Shown here piece after piece: positions 31,291-54,866 of a stretch of DNA of 64,000 nucleotides. The stretch is taken from positions 81,454 through 145,453 of the forward strand of contig CAVYUN010000004.1 in NCBI GenBank assembly GCA_963771735.1. Direction: 5' to 3'. A program made the position numbers and the translations under genes. Source of the DNA: an uncultured Pseudomonadota bacterium. Its GTDB lineage: Bacteria > Pseudomonadota > Gammaproteobacteria > Xanthomonadales > Rhodanobacteraceae. The notes below the pieces were generated by a model, which ran no database searches, had not been told where the DNA came from, and saw only the letters and a list, made by a program, of their open reading frames with translations. Position 1 is the stretch's first letter, and every line of letters starts with the position of its first letter.

Positions 31291-31346
31291 GATTCATGCA
31301 ACGGAGCCTCGGCTCCGCCGGAGAACATCGAAACACCACCGCAAGT

Positions 31347-31420
<74 letters not shown>

Positions 31421-31436
31421 TTGAAGTTCCAGCCAC

Positions 31437-31512
<76 letters not shown>

Positions 31513-31567
31513 CCCGCGGTTCGCCGCTGCCAGCCCAAACCCAGGATTCCGGTCGAGGATTCAAGTC

Positions 31568-32758
<1,191 letters not shown>

Positions 32759-32762
32759 CCCT

Positions 32763-32838
<76 letters not shown>

Positions 32839-32886
32839 ATGCGTGAACTGGATGCGAAGACAGCAGTGCCGGACAACAAGAAAATC

Positions 32887-33270
32887 ATGAACGCAAGAGC
32901 GGAAACGATCGGAAGCAGCAGGGCGGCAGATATCGGCTTGCTGACACTGGCGGTGCTGATCGTGGCTGCGGGCGTGGTGGCCTATTACATGCTGCCGACG
33001 AGCGTGGCGCCGATCTGGCACACGCTGTGCGTCGTGGGCGCGATCGTGGTCGGCTGCGGCGTCGCATGGTTCACCAAGCCGGGACAGGGCGTGCGCAGCT
33101 ACCTGCGCGAAACCCAGTTCGAGATGCGCAAGGTGGTGTGGCCGACCCGTGAGGAGACGATCCGCACGACGTTGGTGGTGATTCTGGTGGTCGTTTTGCT
33201 CAGTATCGTGCTGGGCTTGATCGACATCATCTTGAAGTGGGCGATCCTCGACCATCTGCTGAAGTGGTGA
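32887..33270 (+). CDS. secE: preprotein translocase subunit SecE
   Basis: 127 aa from the ATG at 32887, 3 TM. C-terminal [25 protein letters not shown] signature. Confidence 0.92.
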   Translation: MNARAETIGSSRAADIGLLTLAVLIVAAGVVAYYMLPTSVAPIWHTLCVVGAIVVGCGVAWFTKPGQGVRSYLRETQFEMRKVVWPTREETIRTTLVVILVVVLLSIVLGLIDIILKWAILDHLLKW

Positions 33271-33272
33271 AC

Positions 33273-33845
33273 ATGAGCGAATCAACAGCCAAACGCTGGT
33301 ACGTGGTGCACGCCTATTCGGGTTTCGAGCATCAGGTTTCGCGTGCGCTCACCGAGCGCATCGCGCGTTCCGGCGTGCAGGACAAGTTCGGAGAAGTGCT
33401 GGTGCCGACCGAGGAAGTGGTCGAGATGCGCGGTGGCCAGAAGCGCAAGAGCGAGCGCAAGTTCTTCCCGGGTTACGTGCTGGTCCAGATCGAAACCACG
33501 GGCGATGCCCGCGCGCCCCGGATCGACGACGAGTGCTGGCACCTGGTCAAGGAAACGCCCAAGGTGATGGGCTTCATCGGCGGCACCGCCGACAAGCCAT
33601 TGCCCATCAGGGATTCCGAGGCCGACGCGATCCTGAATCGCGTCAAGGAAGGCATCGAGAAGCCGCGCCCGAAAGTGCTGTTCGAACCGGGCGAGATGGT
33701 GCGCGTCACGGAAGGCCCGTTCAACGACTTCAATGGCGTGGTCGAGGAAGTCAATTACGAGAAGAGCCGCCTGCGCGTGGCGGTGCTGATTTTCGGCCGT
33801 TCCACGCCGGTCGAGCTGGAGTTCGGACAGGTCGAAAAGGCCTGA
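33273..33845 (+). CDS. nusG: transcription termination/antitermination factor NusG
   Basis: 190 aa. [23 protein letters not shown] motif [21 protein letters not shown]. Confidence 0.97.
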   Translation: MSESTAKRWYVVHAYSGFEHQVSRALTERIARSGVQDKFGEVLVPTEEVVEMRGGQKRKSERKFFPGYVLVQIETTGDARAPRIDDECWHLVKETPKVMGFIGGTADKPLPIRDSEADAILNRVKEGIEKPRPKVLFEPGEMVRVTEGPFNDFNGVVEEVNYEKSRLRVAVLIFGRSTPVELEFGQVEKA

Positions 33846-33954
33846 GGATCAGTCGCGACAGCGACGAACGTTCGGCCGGATGCCGAGCGAAGCATCGTCC
33901 AGGGATGGTTGGCGCGAGGAGCCGCAAGGCGCTTGCACTCGCAGGAGAATCAAC

Positions 33955-34386
33955 ATGGCAAAGAAAGTCGTCGGTTACATCAAGCTGCAGGTCAAGGCCG
34001 GTGAGGCCAACCCCAGCCCGCCGGTCGGTCCGGCGCTGGGCCAGCGTGGGCTCAACATCATGGAGTTCTGCAAGGCCTTCAATGCCGCCACGCAGAAGAT
34101 GGAAAAGGGCCTGCCGATTCCGGTGATCATCACCGCGTACTCGGATCGCAGCTTTTCGTTCGTCACCAAGACCCCGCCCGCCAGCGTGTTGTTGATGAAG
34201 GCCGTCGGCCTGCAGAAGGGTTCGTCCAAGCCCAACACCGACAAGGTTGGCAAGGTGACCCGCAAGCAGCTGGAAGACATCGCCAAGCAGAAGGAGCCCG
34301 ACCTGACCGCAGCGGACCTGGACGCAGCCGTGCGCACCATCGCCGGCAGCGCCCGCAGCATGGGCCTCAACGTGGAGGGCGTCTGA
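33955..34386 (+). CDS. rplK: 50S ribosomal protein L11
   Basis: 143 aa. [43 protein letters not shown]. Confidence 0.98.
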   Translation: MAKKVVGYIKLQVKAGEANPSPPVGPALGQRGLNIMEFCKAFNAATQKMEKGLPIPVIITAYSDRSFSFVTKTPPASVLLMKAVGLQKGSSKPNTDKVGKVTRKQLEDIAKQKEPDLTAADLDAAVRTIAGSARSMGLNVEGV

Positions 34387-34387
34387 C

Positions 34388-35098
34388 ATGGCACGCATCA
34401 GTAAACGCTTCAAGGCCATGCAGGGCGTGGTCGAGGCCGGCAAGGCCTATCCGGTGGAGGCGGCGCTGCAGATCCTCAAGGACAACGCCAAGACCAAATT
34501 CGTGGAATCCGTGGACGTCGCGGTGCGTCTCGGCATCGATGCCAAGAAGTCCGATCAGGGCGTGCGCGGCTCCACCGTGCTGCCGCATGGCACCGGCAAG
34601 ACGGTGCGCGTGGCAGTGTTCTGCCCGGCTGGCGAGAAGGCCGAAGCGGCCAAGGCCGCGGGCGCCGATGCGGTGGGCATGGACGATCTGGCCCAGCAGA
34701 TGCAGGACGGCGACATCAACTTCGGCGTCGTTATCGCGACCCCGGACGCGATGCGGGTGGTCGGCAAGCTCGGCCAGTTGCTGGGTCCGCGTGGCCTGAT
34801 GCCGAACCCCAAGGTCGGTACCGTGACGCCGGACGTGGTTGGCGCGGTCAAGAACGCCAAGGCCGGTCAGGTTCGCTACCGCAACGACAAGGCCGGGATC
34901 GTGCATTGCTCGATCGGCAAGGTGAATTTCGAGATCGACGCGTTGCGCGACAACTTGAATGCGTTGATTGCCGACCTCATGAAGGTCAAGCCGTCCACCG
35001 CCAAGGGCCAGTACCTGCAGAAGGTATCGGTCTCCAGCACGATGGGCTTGGGTGTGGCAGTCGATCCGTCCACGCTGGTAGCCACGGCTGCCAAGTGA
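34388..35098 (+). CDS. rplA: 50S ribosomal protein L1
   Basis: 236 aa. [35 protein letters not shown]. Confidence 0.98.
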   Translation: MARISKRFKAMQGVVEAGKAYPVEAALQILKDNAKTKFVESVDVAVRLGIDAKKSDQGVRGSTVLPHGTGKTVRVAVFCPAGEKAEAAKAAGADAVGMDDLAQQMQDGDINFGVVIATPDAMRVVGKLGQLLGPRGLMPNPKVGTVTPDVVGAVKNAKAGQVRYRNDKAGIVHCSIGKVNFEIDALRDNLNALIADLMKVKPSTAKGQYLQKVSVSSTMGLGVAVDPSTLVATAAK

Positions 35099-35613
35099 CG
35101 GCAGGTTACCGTCATCGCGTGCAGGCCATGGGTGGCCGATGACACAGGATCCAGCGACTTTGATTTGAAAGGCGCTGGGAGAAGTAAAGACGCTGGAACC
35201 CGGCTTGCGTCGGACTGCGGAGGCAAGGATGCCGGAGCGAATGCCGAAAGGCGGCCCGCAGGGCGGATGGCAGGGTGCGATCCGTATGTGACAGTTGAAG
35301 GAAGGACGGCCTAAGCCGTCCGACTGGAAGTATTTGAGGGCGACGTTGCAAGGCACCGCAACCGAGCCGTCAAAGACCGCAGGTGGCGAAGCGGATCAAG
35401 ATGATCCGTGGAGCCTCAATCGGAATCGATCGAACCGAAAGATTCCCGCCTGCGCAGATGGTGTCGCCCGCAACGAATCACCGAAAGGTTGATCTCCGAG
35501 CGGACACCGCAACAAGGCATCGAAAGATGCCGGCGGATCGGCAGGATGCCCGCGATCCGTTTGGTTCGGATGCATGGCGCGCGGAGCGCGCGATGGATTC
35601 ATCGGAGGATGCA
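35099..35613 (+). promoter_or_regulatory. long structured rplJ leader (position of the L10 leader/autoregulatory region)
   Basis: 515-nt non-coding spacer between rplA and rplJ with several hairpins (for example ggacggc-ctaa-gccgtcc at 35304-35321). GGAGGA RBS at 35604. Functional assignment rests on analogy with E. coli only. Confidence 0.35.
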
Positions 35614-36138
35614 ATGCCGCTCAATCTGGCACAAAAGAAAGAGCTCGTTGCCGAACTGGCAGAGGTGGCCACCAAGGCGCACTCGCTGGTCGCCGCGGAG
35701 TATGCGGGTCTGACGGTCGAGCAGCTCACCGAGCTGCGCAAGAAGGCGCGTGAATCGGGTGTGTTCCTGAAAGTAGCCAAGAACACCCTGGTGCGACGCG
35801 CGGTGGATGGTACCGAATACGAGTGCACGCAAGCGCAGCTCATCGGTCCGCTGCTGTACGCCTTCTCGACCGAAGATCCCGGTGCCGCCGGGCGGCTGGT
35901 CAAGGAGTACGCCAAGACCAATGAGGCCCTGAAGGCGAAGCTGGTCGCGATCGGAGGCAAGGCGTATCCCGCCTCGCACGTCGACGTGCTGGCTTCGTTG
36001 CCGACCCGCGAGCAGGCGCTGTCGATGCTGCTCAGCGTGCTGGTCCAGCCCGCCACCATGCTGGTGCGCGTGCTGGCCGAGCCCGCCGCGCAGACCGCCC
36101 GCGTCATCAATGCGGTCGGCCAGCAGAAGGCTGCATAA
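35614..36138 (+). CDS. rplJ: 50S ribosomal protein L10
   Basis: 174 aa from the ATG at 35614. [47 protein letters not shown]. Confidence 0.97.
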   Translation: MPLNLAQKKELVAELAEVATKAHSLVAAEYAGLTVEQLTELRKKARESGVFLKVAKNTLVRRAVDGTEYECTQAQLIGPLLYAFSTEDPGAAGRLVKEYAKTNEALKAKLVAIGGKAYPASHVDVLASLPTREQALSMLLSVLVQPATMLVRVLAEPAAQTARVINAVGQQKAA

Positions 36139-36163
36139 AGTCCGGTTCACACGAGTTTCACTG

Positions 36164-36271
36164 TTTGTGCGATCGTCCCTGATCGCTGCTTCGTTCAAGC
36201 CCGAAGGATGTGCTGCAACCACGGGTAAACGGCATCAGAACGGCCTTCCATGGCCTGACTTTCCACAACAG
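36164..36271 (+). repeat. r-protein-spacer structured repeat, copy A (rplJ|rplL)
   Basis: tttgt-gcgatcgtccctgatcgc (hairpin 1, 36169-36186) ... catcagaacggccttccatggcctgactttc (36233-36263) cacaacag. The ends ctgtttgtg/cacaacag are complementary. Confidence 0.8.
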
Positions 36272-36308
36272 CTCAATCAACCTTTCAACGTTTCAGGAGT
36301 CAAACAAC

Positions 36309-36689
36309 ATGTCACTCAGCAATGAAGACATCATCGAAGCCATCTCGTCCAAGACCCTCGTCGAGGTGATGGAGCTGGTCAAGGCGATGGAAGACAAGTT
36401 CGGCGTGTCCGCCGCGGCCCCGGTGGCCGTGGCCGCCGCTCCGGCCGCTGGTGGCGGCGCTGCCGCCGCCGAAGAGAAGACCGAATTCAACGTCGTGCTG
36501 GCCGCGATCGGCGAGAAGAAGGTCGAAGTGATCAAGGCCGTGCGCGCGATCACCGGTCTGGGCCTCAAGGAGGCCAAGGATCTGGTCGAGGGCGCACCGC
36601 AGACCGTCAAGGAAGGCGCCAGCAAGGAAGACGCCGAGAAGTTCAAGAAGGATCTGGAAGCGGCCGGTGCCAAGGTCGAGTTGAAGTGA
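36309..36689 (+). CDS. rplL: 50S ribosomal protein L7/L12
   Basis: 126 aa. Ala-rich hinge; [27 protein letters not shown]. Confidence 0.98.
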   Translation: MSLSNEDIIEAISSKTLVEVMELVKAMEDKFGVSAAAPVAVAAAPAAGGGAAAAEEKTEFNVVLAAIGEKKVEVIKAVRAITGLGLKEAKDLVEGAPQTVKEGASKEDAEKFKKDLEAAGAKVELK

Positions 36690-36990
36690 GTGCGGGACGC
36701 GCTCACCCCGGACAGTACATGGACGTACGTTGATCCGGGGTCCAGTGTCTTTGATGACTAGCAATGGCACTGGATTCCCGCCTCGGCGGGAATGACGAAC
36801 AAGCCTGGGGGCAAGTGCCCCCGGGCTTTCGCCGTTGCAGCGAAGTTGCAAAAAACAGTTTGAGTTGCTCACAAGAAGTAGCAGCAGAGGGCGTGCTGGT
36901 GCCGGCAATACCAGCGACTTCCCAAGTGACAGCTCCACCACGTTTCCCGGCCGCGAGCGGCCGATGTCCACGAACGAGGCGGTAGCATCC

Positions 36991-41145
<4,155 letters not shown>

Positions 41146-41240
41146 CGAGAGCAGGGAACGGGAGAGCGGCGCGATCAAGGCGCCGGTTTCCCGACTGACG
41201 AGTCCCACAATTCTCGAAACCCGAATCCCGGAGATATGAC

Positions 41241-45458
<4,218 letters not shown>

Positions 45459-45465
45459 TGATCAC

Positions 45466-45489
45466 GCCGCGCGCATACCAGCGCGCGGC
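45466..45489 (+). other. 9-bp GC hairpin 8 nt after the rpoC stop
   Basis: gccgcgcgc-atacca-gcgcgcggc; no T-run follows. Confidence 0.5.
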
Positions 45490-45595
45490 ACCATCGAAAT
45501 GAGGCGCACGGAAGCGCTTCGTGTTCGAGAGCAGGATGCCACGACGGCGCGAAAGCTTGTCCGGTTTCGCGGATCCGTGTTAAAATTCCGCTTCT

Positions 45596-45630
45596 GGGCA
45601 GGCCGGTTTTCCGGTCTGCCCTTGGTTTTT
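45596..45630 (+). terminator. intrinsic-terminator-like hairpin plus T-tract between rpoC and rpsL
   Basis: gggcaggccgg-tttt-ccggtctgccc (11 bp, one G-U) followed by ttggttttt. It ends 33 nt before the rpsL ATG. Confidence 0.6.
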
Positions 45631-45662
45631 CCCAAGACCCAAAGTTTTCCAGGACATCCGGA

Positions 45663-46037
45663 ATGGCAACTGTCAACCAGTTGGTGCGTCGGCCTCGCAG
45701 CCCGAAGACCTACAAGAGCGACTCGCCTGCGCTGCAGAACTGCCCGCAGCGTCGTGGCGTATGCACGCGTGTGTACACCACCACGCCGAAGAAGCCGAAC
45801 TCGGCGATGCGCAAGGTTGCCAAGGTGCGTCTGACCAACGGCTACGAGGTCATCAGCTACATCGGCGGCGAAGGCCACAACCTGCAGGAACACTCGGTGG
45901 TTTTGATCCGTGGCGGCCGTGTCAAGGACCTGCCGGGCGTGCGTTACCACACGGTACGCGGTTCGCTGGACTGCGCGGGCATCGCCAAGCGGCGCAAGTC
46001 GCGTTCAAAGTACGGCGCCAAGCGCCCGAAGGGCTAA
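45663..46037 (+). CDS. rpsL: 30S ribosomal protein S12
   Basis: 124 aa. [12 protein letters not shown]..., [28 protein letters not shown]. Confidence 0.99.
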   Translation: MATVNQLVRRPRSPKTYKSDSPALQNCPQRRGVCTRVYTTTPKKPNSAMRKVAKVRLTNGYEVISYIGGEGHNLQEHSVVLIRGGRVKDLPGVRYHTVRGSLDCAGIAKRRKSRSKYGAKRPKG

Positions 46038-46056
46038 GAGTCAAGGACACCAGAAT

Positions 46057-46524
46057 ATGTCGCGTAAAGGTTCCCATCCAGCCCGCGTGATCCTGCCCGA
46101 TCCCAAGCACGGCAGCGAGTTGATCGCGCGCTTCATCAACATGGTGATGCAGAGCGGCAAGAAATCGGTCGCCGAAGGCATCGTCTATGGCGCGCTCGAC
46201 CATCTTGGCGAAAAGAATCCCGAGCCCGTGGCACTGGTCGAGAAGGCGCTCAACAACGTGGCGCCGGCGGTCGAGGTGAAGTCGAGGCGCGTCGGCGGTG
46301 CGACCTATCAGGTGCCGGTCGAAGTGCGTGCATCAAGGCGCACCGCATTGGCGATGCGCTGGACCATCGAGGCGGCGCGCAAACGCGGCGAGAACTCGAT
46401 GCCGCGCAAGCTGGCGGCCGAACTGCTGGAAGCTTCGGAAAACCGCGGCGGCGCGGTCAAGAAGCGCGAGGAAACCCACCGCATGGCCGAGGCCAACAAG
46501 GCGTTCTCGCATTACCGGTGGTAA
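46057..46524 (+). CDS. rpsG: 30S ribosomal protein S7
   Basis: 155 aa from the ATG at 46057. [45 protein letters not shown]. Confidence 0.98.
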   Translation: MSRKGSHPARVILPDPKHGSELIARFINMVMQSGKKSVAEGIVYGALDHLGEKNPEPVALVEKALNNVAPAVEVKSRRVGGATYQVPVEVRASRRTALAMRWTIEAARKRGENSMPRKLAAELLEASENRGGAVKKREETHRMAEANKAFSHYRW

Positions 46525-46623
46525 GCATTTTGTTTGCGCCGCCCTGCGAGACGGCAAAACCCAAGGGTCATGCCTTGTGGCGAAGTTGCACACCAATACC
46601 GTTTCCGATTTTTTGAGCTGACC

Positions 46624-48714
<2,091 letters not shown>

Positions 48715-48751
48715 GAAGTACCACACAAAGTCAACGTTTGAGGATTGAGTC

Positions 48752-49942
<1,191 letters not shown>

Positions 49943-49975
49943 GCCGCGGGACTGCCAAGAGCCTCGCTCGAAGCG

Positions 49976-50073
49976 GCTGTTGTGAAAAGTCCGGCATGGA
50001 TGCCGGTTGCTTCTTTGCCGTCAGGGAGGACGGCTGAAACAAGCGAAAAGCAACCAGCGAAAGCTGGCAAACG
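49976..50073 (-). repeat. r-protein-spacer structured repeat, inverted copy E (tufA|rpsJ)
   Basis: The reverse complement of 49976-50010, gcaaccggcatccatgccggacttttcacaacagc, aligns with module 2 plus the tail of copy A. gccgtc/gacggc (50017-50034) and ccagc-gaaa-gctgg+caaacg (50054-50073) occupy the central-hairpin and hairpin-1 positions. Confidence 0.6.
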
Positions 50074-50094
50074 TTCTTTAAAGAGCATACGAAC

Positions 50095-50406
50095 ATGGCA
50101 ACCCAGAACATCCGCATCCGGCTGAAAGCCTACGACCATCGCCTGATCGACCGTTCGGCCAGCGAGATCGTGGAAACCGCCAAGCGCACGGGCGCACAGG
50201 TGCGCGGCCCGATTCCGCTGCCGACCAAGATCGAGCGCTACACGATCCTGGTGTCGCCGCACGTGGACAAGGATGCCCGGGACCAGTACGAGACCCGTAC
50301 GCACAAGCGCGTGCTGGACATCGTCGACCCTAACGACAAGACCGTGGATGCCTTGATGAAGCTCGACCTCGCCGCTGGCGTGGACGTGCAGATCAAGCTG
50401 GGCTGA
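50095..50406 (+). CDS. rpsJ: 30S ribosomal protein S10
   Basis: 103 aa. [29 protein letters not shown]. Confidence 0.99.
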   Translation: MATQNIRIRLKAYDHRLIDRSASEIVETAKRTGAQVRGPIPLPTKIERYTILVSPHVDKDARDQYETRTHKRVLDIVDPNDKTVDALMKLDLAAGVDVQIKLG

Positions 50407-50420
50407 GAGCGAGACTGGAC

Positions 50421-51062
50421 ATGAGCATCGGACTGGTTGGAAAAAAATGCGGCATGAGCCGGCTGTTCACCGAGGACGGCCGCTCGGTACCGGTCACCCT
50501 GATCGAGGCGACGCCGAACCGCGTCACCCAGGTCAAGACCACGGACAACGACGGTTACGTCGCGGTGCAGGTCACCGCGGGCGGCAAGCGTGCTTCCCTG
50601 CTGAGCAAGCCGGCCAAGGGCCATTTCGCCAAGGCGAAGGTGGAGCCGGGTCGCGGCCTGTGGGAATTCCGTCTCGACGACAAGGACGCCGACAAATATG
50701 CCGTCGGTGCCGAGATCAAGCTGGACGATGTGTTCAAGGTCGGCCAGATGGTCGATGTCGCCGGTGTGTCCAAGGGCAAGGGCTTCCAGGGCACGATCAA
50801 GCGCCACCACTTCACCATGGGCGACGCCACCCACGGCAACTCGCTGTCGCATCGCGCGCCGGGTTCGATCGGCCAGCGCCAGACCCCGGGCCGCGTGTTC
50901 CCGGGCAAGAAGATGTCCGGGCACATGGGTAGCGTCAACCGTTCGGCGATGAATCTGGAAGTGGTCAGCGTCGACGCCGAGCGTCACCTGATCGCGGTCA
51001 AGGGTGCGGTGCCCGGTGCCACCGGCGGCGATGTGGTCGTCCGCCCGGCGGTCAAGGCGTAA
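50421..51062 (+). CDS. rplC: 50S ribosomal protein L3
   Basis: 213 aa. [35 protein letters not shown]. Confidence 0.98.
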   Translation: MSIGLVGKKCGMSRLFTEDGRSVPVTLIEATPNRVTQVKTTDNDGYVAVQVTAGGKRASLLSKPAKGHFAKAKVEPGRGLWEFRLDDKDADKYAVGAEIKLDDVFKVGQMVDVAGVSKGKGFQGTIKRHHFTMGDATHGNSLSHRAPGSIGQRQTPGRVFPGKKMSGHMGSVNRSAMNLEVVSVDAERHLIAVKGAVPGATGGDVVVRPAVKA

Positions 51063-51073
51063 GGAGCCTAGTC

Positions 51074-51679
51074 ATGGAACTCAATGTGATCGGGGCCAAG
51101 CCCGTGCAGGTTTCCGAAGCGATCTTCGGTGCCGCCTTCCGCCAGGATCTCGTGCACCAGGTCGTGGTGGCCTACCGCAATGCGGGTCGCGCCGGTACCA
51201 AGGCGCAGTTGAACCACACGCGCATGTCGGGCACTACCAAGAAGTTCAAGAAGCAGAAGGGTGGTGGCGCCCGCCACGGCGACTACCGCGCCAACATCTT
51301 CGTCGGCGGCGCGCGGGCATTCGCGGCCCAGCCGCGTGATTACGCGCAGAAGGTCAATCGCAAGATGTACCGCGGCGCGTTGTGCTCCATGCTGGCCGAG
51401 TTGAATCGCCAAGGACGCCTAAAGGTGGTGTCGGAATTCACCGTCGACGCGCCAAAGACCAAGGGGTTGATCGGCAAGCTCGACAAGATCGAAGCCAAGG
51501 GTCGCACACTTATCGTGGTGCAGGCAGTGGACGAGAAATTGTTCCTGTCCGCACGCAACATCCCCAATGTCATCGATGTCATCGACGTGGACGGGATCAA
51601 CCCGGTCGCGCTGGCTGCGGCCGACGACGTCGTGATCACCGTCGATGCGGTGAAGAAGATCGAGGAGTGGCTGGCATGA
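51074..51679 (+). CDS. rplD: 50S ribosomal protein L4
   Basis: 201 aa. [31 protein letters not shown]. Confidence 0.98.
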   Translation: MELNVIGAKPVQVSEAIFGAAFRQDLVHQVVVAYRNAGRAGTKAQLNHTRMSGTTKKFKKQKGGGARHGDYRANIFVGGARAFAAQPRDYAQKVNRKMYRGALCSMLAELNRQGRLKVVSEFTVDAPKTKGLIGKLDKIEAKGRTLIVVQAVDEKLFLSARNIPNVIDVIDVDGINPVALAAADDVVITVDAVKKIEEWLA

Positions 51680-51987
51680 GCAGCGATCCGGCTCTGAATC
51701 AACGTGTCCTCTCGGTGCTGCGTGCACCGCATGTTTCGGAAAAGAGCACGCGGTTGTCCGAGCACAACCAGTACGTTTTCGCGGTGGCGCCCGACGCCAC
51801 CAAGGCCGACGTCAAGTCCGCGGTCGAGCAGATGTTCGACGTGAACGTGGTGTCGGTGAACATGGCCAACATCAAGGGCAAGCTCAAGATGTTCCGCTTT
51901 AGGCCTGGTCGCAAGGCCAATGTCCGCAAGGCATACGTGCGTCTGGCCGAAGGCCAGACGATCGAAGCCGCGGCCGGCCGGGCCTGA
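51676..51987 (+). CDS. rplW: 50S ribosomal protein L23
   Basis: 103 aa from the ATG at 51676 (ATGA overlap with rplD). [27 protein letters not shown]. Confidence 0.97.
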   Translation: MSSDPALNQRVLSVLRAPHVSEKSTRLSEHNQYVFAVAPDATKADVKSAVEQMFDVNVVSVNMANIKGKLKMFRFRPGRKANVRKAYVRLAEGQTIEAAAGRA

Positions 51988-52007
51988 TTTCCAGAGGTGC
52001 AATGCAG

Positions 52008-52829
52008 ATGGCACTGATCACACCCAAACCGACTTCACCGGGCCGCCGCGGGATGGTACGCGTGGCGCCCGCGGGCCTTCACAAGGGCGACCCGTATGCG
52101 CCGTTGACCGAGGTCCAGTCCAAGACCGGTGGCCGCAACCATTTCGGGCGCATCACCGTGCGCCATCGTGGCGGCGGTCACAAGCAGCACTATCGCATCA
52201 TCGACTTCAAGCGCGACAAGGAAGGCGTCGCCTGCCGGGTCGAGCGCATCGAGTACGACCCCAACCGCACCGCACACATCGCGCTGCTTTGCTACGTCGA
52301 TGGCGAGCGCCGCTACATCATCGCGCCCAAGGGCATCCAGGTGGGCGCACAGTTGATGGCAGGCACCGACGCTCCGATCAAGGATGGCAACACGTTGCCG
52401 CTGCGCAACATGCCGATCGGCACCACCGTGCATTGCGTGGAAATGAAGCCCGGCAAGGGTGCGCAGCTCGCGCGCAGCGCCGGCTCCTCCGCGCAGCTGG
52501 TCGCGCGCGAGTCCGGTTACGCCACGCTGCGCCTGCGTTCGGGCGAGATGCGCAAGGTTCCGGTCGAATGCCGCGCAACCGTGGGTGAGGTCGGCAATTC
52601 GGAACACAACCTGCGCAAGCTGGGCAAGGCTGGCGCCAAGCGCTGGCTCGGCATCCGCCCGACCGTGCGCGGCGTGGTAATGAATCCGGTCGATCACCCG
52701 CACGGCGGCGGCGAAGGCCGCACTTCGGGCGGCCGCCATCCGGTGAGCCCGTGGGGCACGCCGACCAAGGGCTACAAGACCCGCAACAACAAGCGCACGC
52801 AGAAGATGATCGTGCGTCGCCGCAAGTAA
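52008..52829 (+). CDS. rplB: 50S ribosomal protein L2 (alternative ATG at 52002)
   Basis: [41 protein letters not shown] at 51994-51997 is better spaced for 52008. Confidence 0.98.
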   Translation: MALITPKPTSPGRRGMVRVAPAGLHKGDPYAPLTEVQSKTGGRNHFGRITVRHRGGGHKQHYRIIDFKRDKEGVACRVERIEYDPNRTAHIALLCYVDGERRYIIAPKGIQVGAQLMAGTDAPIKDGNTLPLRNMPIGTTVHCVEMKPGKGAQLARSAGSSAQLVARESGYATLRLRSGEMRKVPVECRATVGEVGNSEHNLRKLGKAGAKRWLGIRPTVRGVVMNPVDHPHGGGEGRTSGGRHPVSPWGTPTKGYKTRNNKRTQKMIVRRRK

Positions 52830-52841
52830 GGGCTCATCGAC

Positions 52842-53126
52842 ATGCCACGTTCACTCAAGAAAGGCCCGTTCATCGACCTGCACCTGCTCAAGAAGGTGGA
52901 GTCGGCGAACCAGACCAACAGCAAGCGCCCGATCAAGACATGGTCGCGCCGCTCGATGATCCTGCCGGAAATGGTCGGACTGACCATCGCCGTGCACAAC
53001 GGCCGCCTGCACGTGCCGGTGCTGGTCAACGAGAACATGGTCGGGCACAAGCTCGGCGAGTTCGCCGTGACCCGGACCTTCAAGGGGCACAGCGGCGACA
53101 AGAAAACCGCGGAAGCCAAGAAGTGA
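52842..53126 (+). CDS. rpsS: 30S ribosomal protein S19
   Basis: 94 aa. [30 protein letters not shown]. Confidence 0.99.
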   Translation: MPRSLKKGPFIDLHLLKKVESANQTNSKRPIKTWSRRSMILPEMVGLTIAVHNGRLHVPVLVNENMVGHKLGEFAVTRTFKGHSGDKKTAEAKK

Positions 53127-53137
53127 TGGGTACCGAC

Positions 53138-53473
53138 ATGACTACGACTCAAGCCAAAGCCGTCCTGCGCGGCGCGCGCATCTCGGCACAGAAGGCGCGC
53201 CTGGTGGCGGACATGGTGCGCGGCATGCCAGTGGGCAACGCCAGCGCCGTGCTGGAGCACACCAACAAGAAGGCTGCGCACCTGGTCCGCAAGGTGCTGC
53301 TGTCGGCGGTGGCCAACGCCGAGAACAACGTCGGCGCGGACGTGGACGAACTGAAGGTGTCGCGCATTTATGTGGACGAAGGCGCGGTCATGAAGCGCAT
53401 GCACGCGCGCGCCAAGGGCCGCGGCTCGCGCATCCTGCGGCGCACGTCGCACATCACGGTCGAGGTAGGTTGA
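53138..53473 (+). CDS. rplV: 50S ribosomal protein L22 (alternative ATG at 53126)
   Basis: [50 protein letters not shown]. Confidence 0.96.
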   Translation: MTTTQAKAVLRGARISAQKARLVADMVRGMPVGNASAVLEHTNKKAAHLVRKVLLSAVANAENNVGADVDELKVSRIYVDEGAVMKRMHARAKGRGSRILRRTSHITVEVG

Positions 53474-53475
53474 TC

Positions 53476-54240
53476 ATGGGTCACAAAGTCAATCCAATCG
53501 GAATCCGCCTCGGCATTTCCAAGGACTGGAATTCCAAGTGGTTCGCGGGCAAGCGCCAGTACGCCCAAAACCTGGTCTCGGATCTCAAGGTACGCGAACT
53601 GCTGAAGAAGAAGCTGTCGCAGGCCGGCGTGTCCAGGATACTGATCAGCCGCCCGCAGAAGAACGCCGACATCACCATCTTCACCGCGCGTCCGGGCGTC
53701 GTGATCGGCAAGAAGGGCGAGGATATCGAGAAGCTCCGCCGCGAAGTGTCGGCGATCATGGGCGTGGACGCCCACATCAATGTCAGCGAAGTGCGCAAGC
53801 CCGAGCTCGACGCGCAATTGGTGGCCGAATCGATCGCCCAGCAGCTGGAGCGCCGCATCATGTTCCGCCGCGCCATGAAGCGTTCGGTGCAGAACGCGAT
53901 GCGTCTTGGCGCTCTCGGCATCAAGGTCAACGTGGCCGGCCGCCTGAACGGCGCCGAGATCGCGCGCTCGGAATGGTATCGCGAGGGCCGCGTGCCGCTG
54001 CATACCCTGCGTGCCGACGTCGACTACGGACTGGCCGAGGCCCACACCACCTATGGCGTCATCGGCGTCAAGGTGTGGATCTACAAGGGCGAGATCTTCG
54101 ACTTTGCGAGTGTCGGCCAGGCCAAGGAAGACGATCGCAACGACGGCCCGTCGTCGCGTCGCGACCGCGGATCCCGTGACGACGAATCGCGCCGCGAGCG
54201 CGCCCCGCGCGGGCGCCGCGAGCGGACCACGGCTGAGTAA
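53476..54240 (+). CDS. rpsC: 30S ribosomal protein S3
   Basis: [25 protein letters not shown] domain, basic/acidic C-terminal tail. The track ORF starts at the TTG at 53470. Confidence 0.98.
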   Translation: MGHKVNPIGIRLGISKDWNSKWFAGKRQYAQNLVSDLKVRELLKKKLSQAGVSRILISRPQKNADITIFTARPGVVIGKKGEDIEKLRREVSAIMGVDAHINVSEVRKPELDAQLVAESIAQQLERRIMFRRAMKRSVQNAMRLGALGIKVNVAGRLNGAEIARSEWYREGRVPLHTLRADVDYGLAEAHTTYGVIGVKVWIYKGEIFDFASVGQAKEDDRNDGPSSRRDRGSRDDESRRERAPRGRRERTTAE

Positions 54241-54252
54241 GGAATCAGTGTC

Positions 54253-54666
54253 ATGTTGCAACCCAAGCGAACCAAATTCCGCAAGCAGTTCAAGGGCCGC
54301 AACCGGGGCCTGAGCCTCTCCGGCAACCTCGTCAGCTTCGGCGAGTACGGCCTGAAGGCCACCACCCGTGGCGCGATCACCGCGCGCGAGATCGAGGCTG
54401 CGCGCCGTTGCATCACGCGCTACGTGAAGCGCGGCGGCAAGCTCTGGATCCGCGTGTTCCCGGACAAGCCGATCACCAAGAAGCCGATCGAGGTCCGCAT
54501 GGGCGCCGGCAAGGGCAACGTCGAGTACTGGGTCGCGCCGATCCAGCCCGGCCGGATGCTGTACGAAATAGAAGGCGTGACCGAGGCCGAGGCGCGTGAG
54601 GCGTTCCGTCTTGCCGCGGCCAAGCTGTCGGTGCAAACCCAATTCGCGACCAGGGCGCTGCTGTGA
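54253..54666 (+). CDS. rplP: 50S ribosomal protein L16
   Basis: 137 aa. [19 protein letters not shown]. Confidence 0.99.
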   Translation: MLQPKRTKFRKQFKGRNRGLSLSGNLVSFGEYGLKATTRGAITAREIEAARRCITRYVKRGGKLWIRVFPDKPITKKPIEVRMGAGKGNVEYWVAPIQPGRMLYEIEGVTEAEAREAFRLAAAKLSVQTQFATRALL

Positions 54667-54866
54667 TGGATACCAACGAAATGCGCGAAAAATCCGCGCA
54701 GGAACTGATCGAGCATATCGCCGAGCTGCGTCGCGAGCAGTTCAGCCTGCGCATGCAGAAGGCCCAAGGCCAGGATGCCAAGACCCACCAGTTCGCCAAG
54801 GTACGCCGCGAGATCGCGCGTGCCGCGACGATCCTGGGCGAGAAACAGACCCACGGAGCCGCGTGA
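54666..54866 (+). CDS. rpmC: 50S ribosomal protein L29
   Basis: 66 aa. [29 protein letters not shown]. Start ATG at 54666 (or GTG at 54663), overlapping the rplP stop. Confidence 0.95.
   Translation: MDTNEMREKSAQELIEHIAELRREQFSLRMQKAQGQDAKTHQFAKVRREIARAATILGEKQTHGAA

Noticed and set aside
35121-35142. caggccatgggtggccgatga just after rplA resembles the reverse complement of hairpin 3 (caggccatggaaggccgttctga).
   Set aside because: The match is about 17 of 22 nt, but it centres on the low-information GC palindrome ggccatgg and lacks the flanking GACTTTT/CACAACAG module. It may be coincidence.
46528-46615. A possible degenerate further copy of the repeat family in the 99-nt rpsG|fusA spacer (cattttgtttgcgccgccctg... 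and ...caccaataccgtttccgattttttgag).
   Set aside because: Only short patches resemble modules 1 and 2, the spacing is about 12 nt shorter and the hairpins are weak. I cannot distinguish this from chance by eye, so it needs a covariance-model search.
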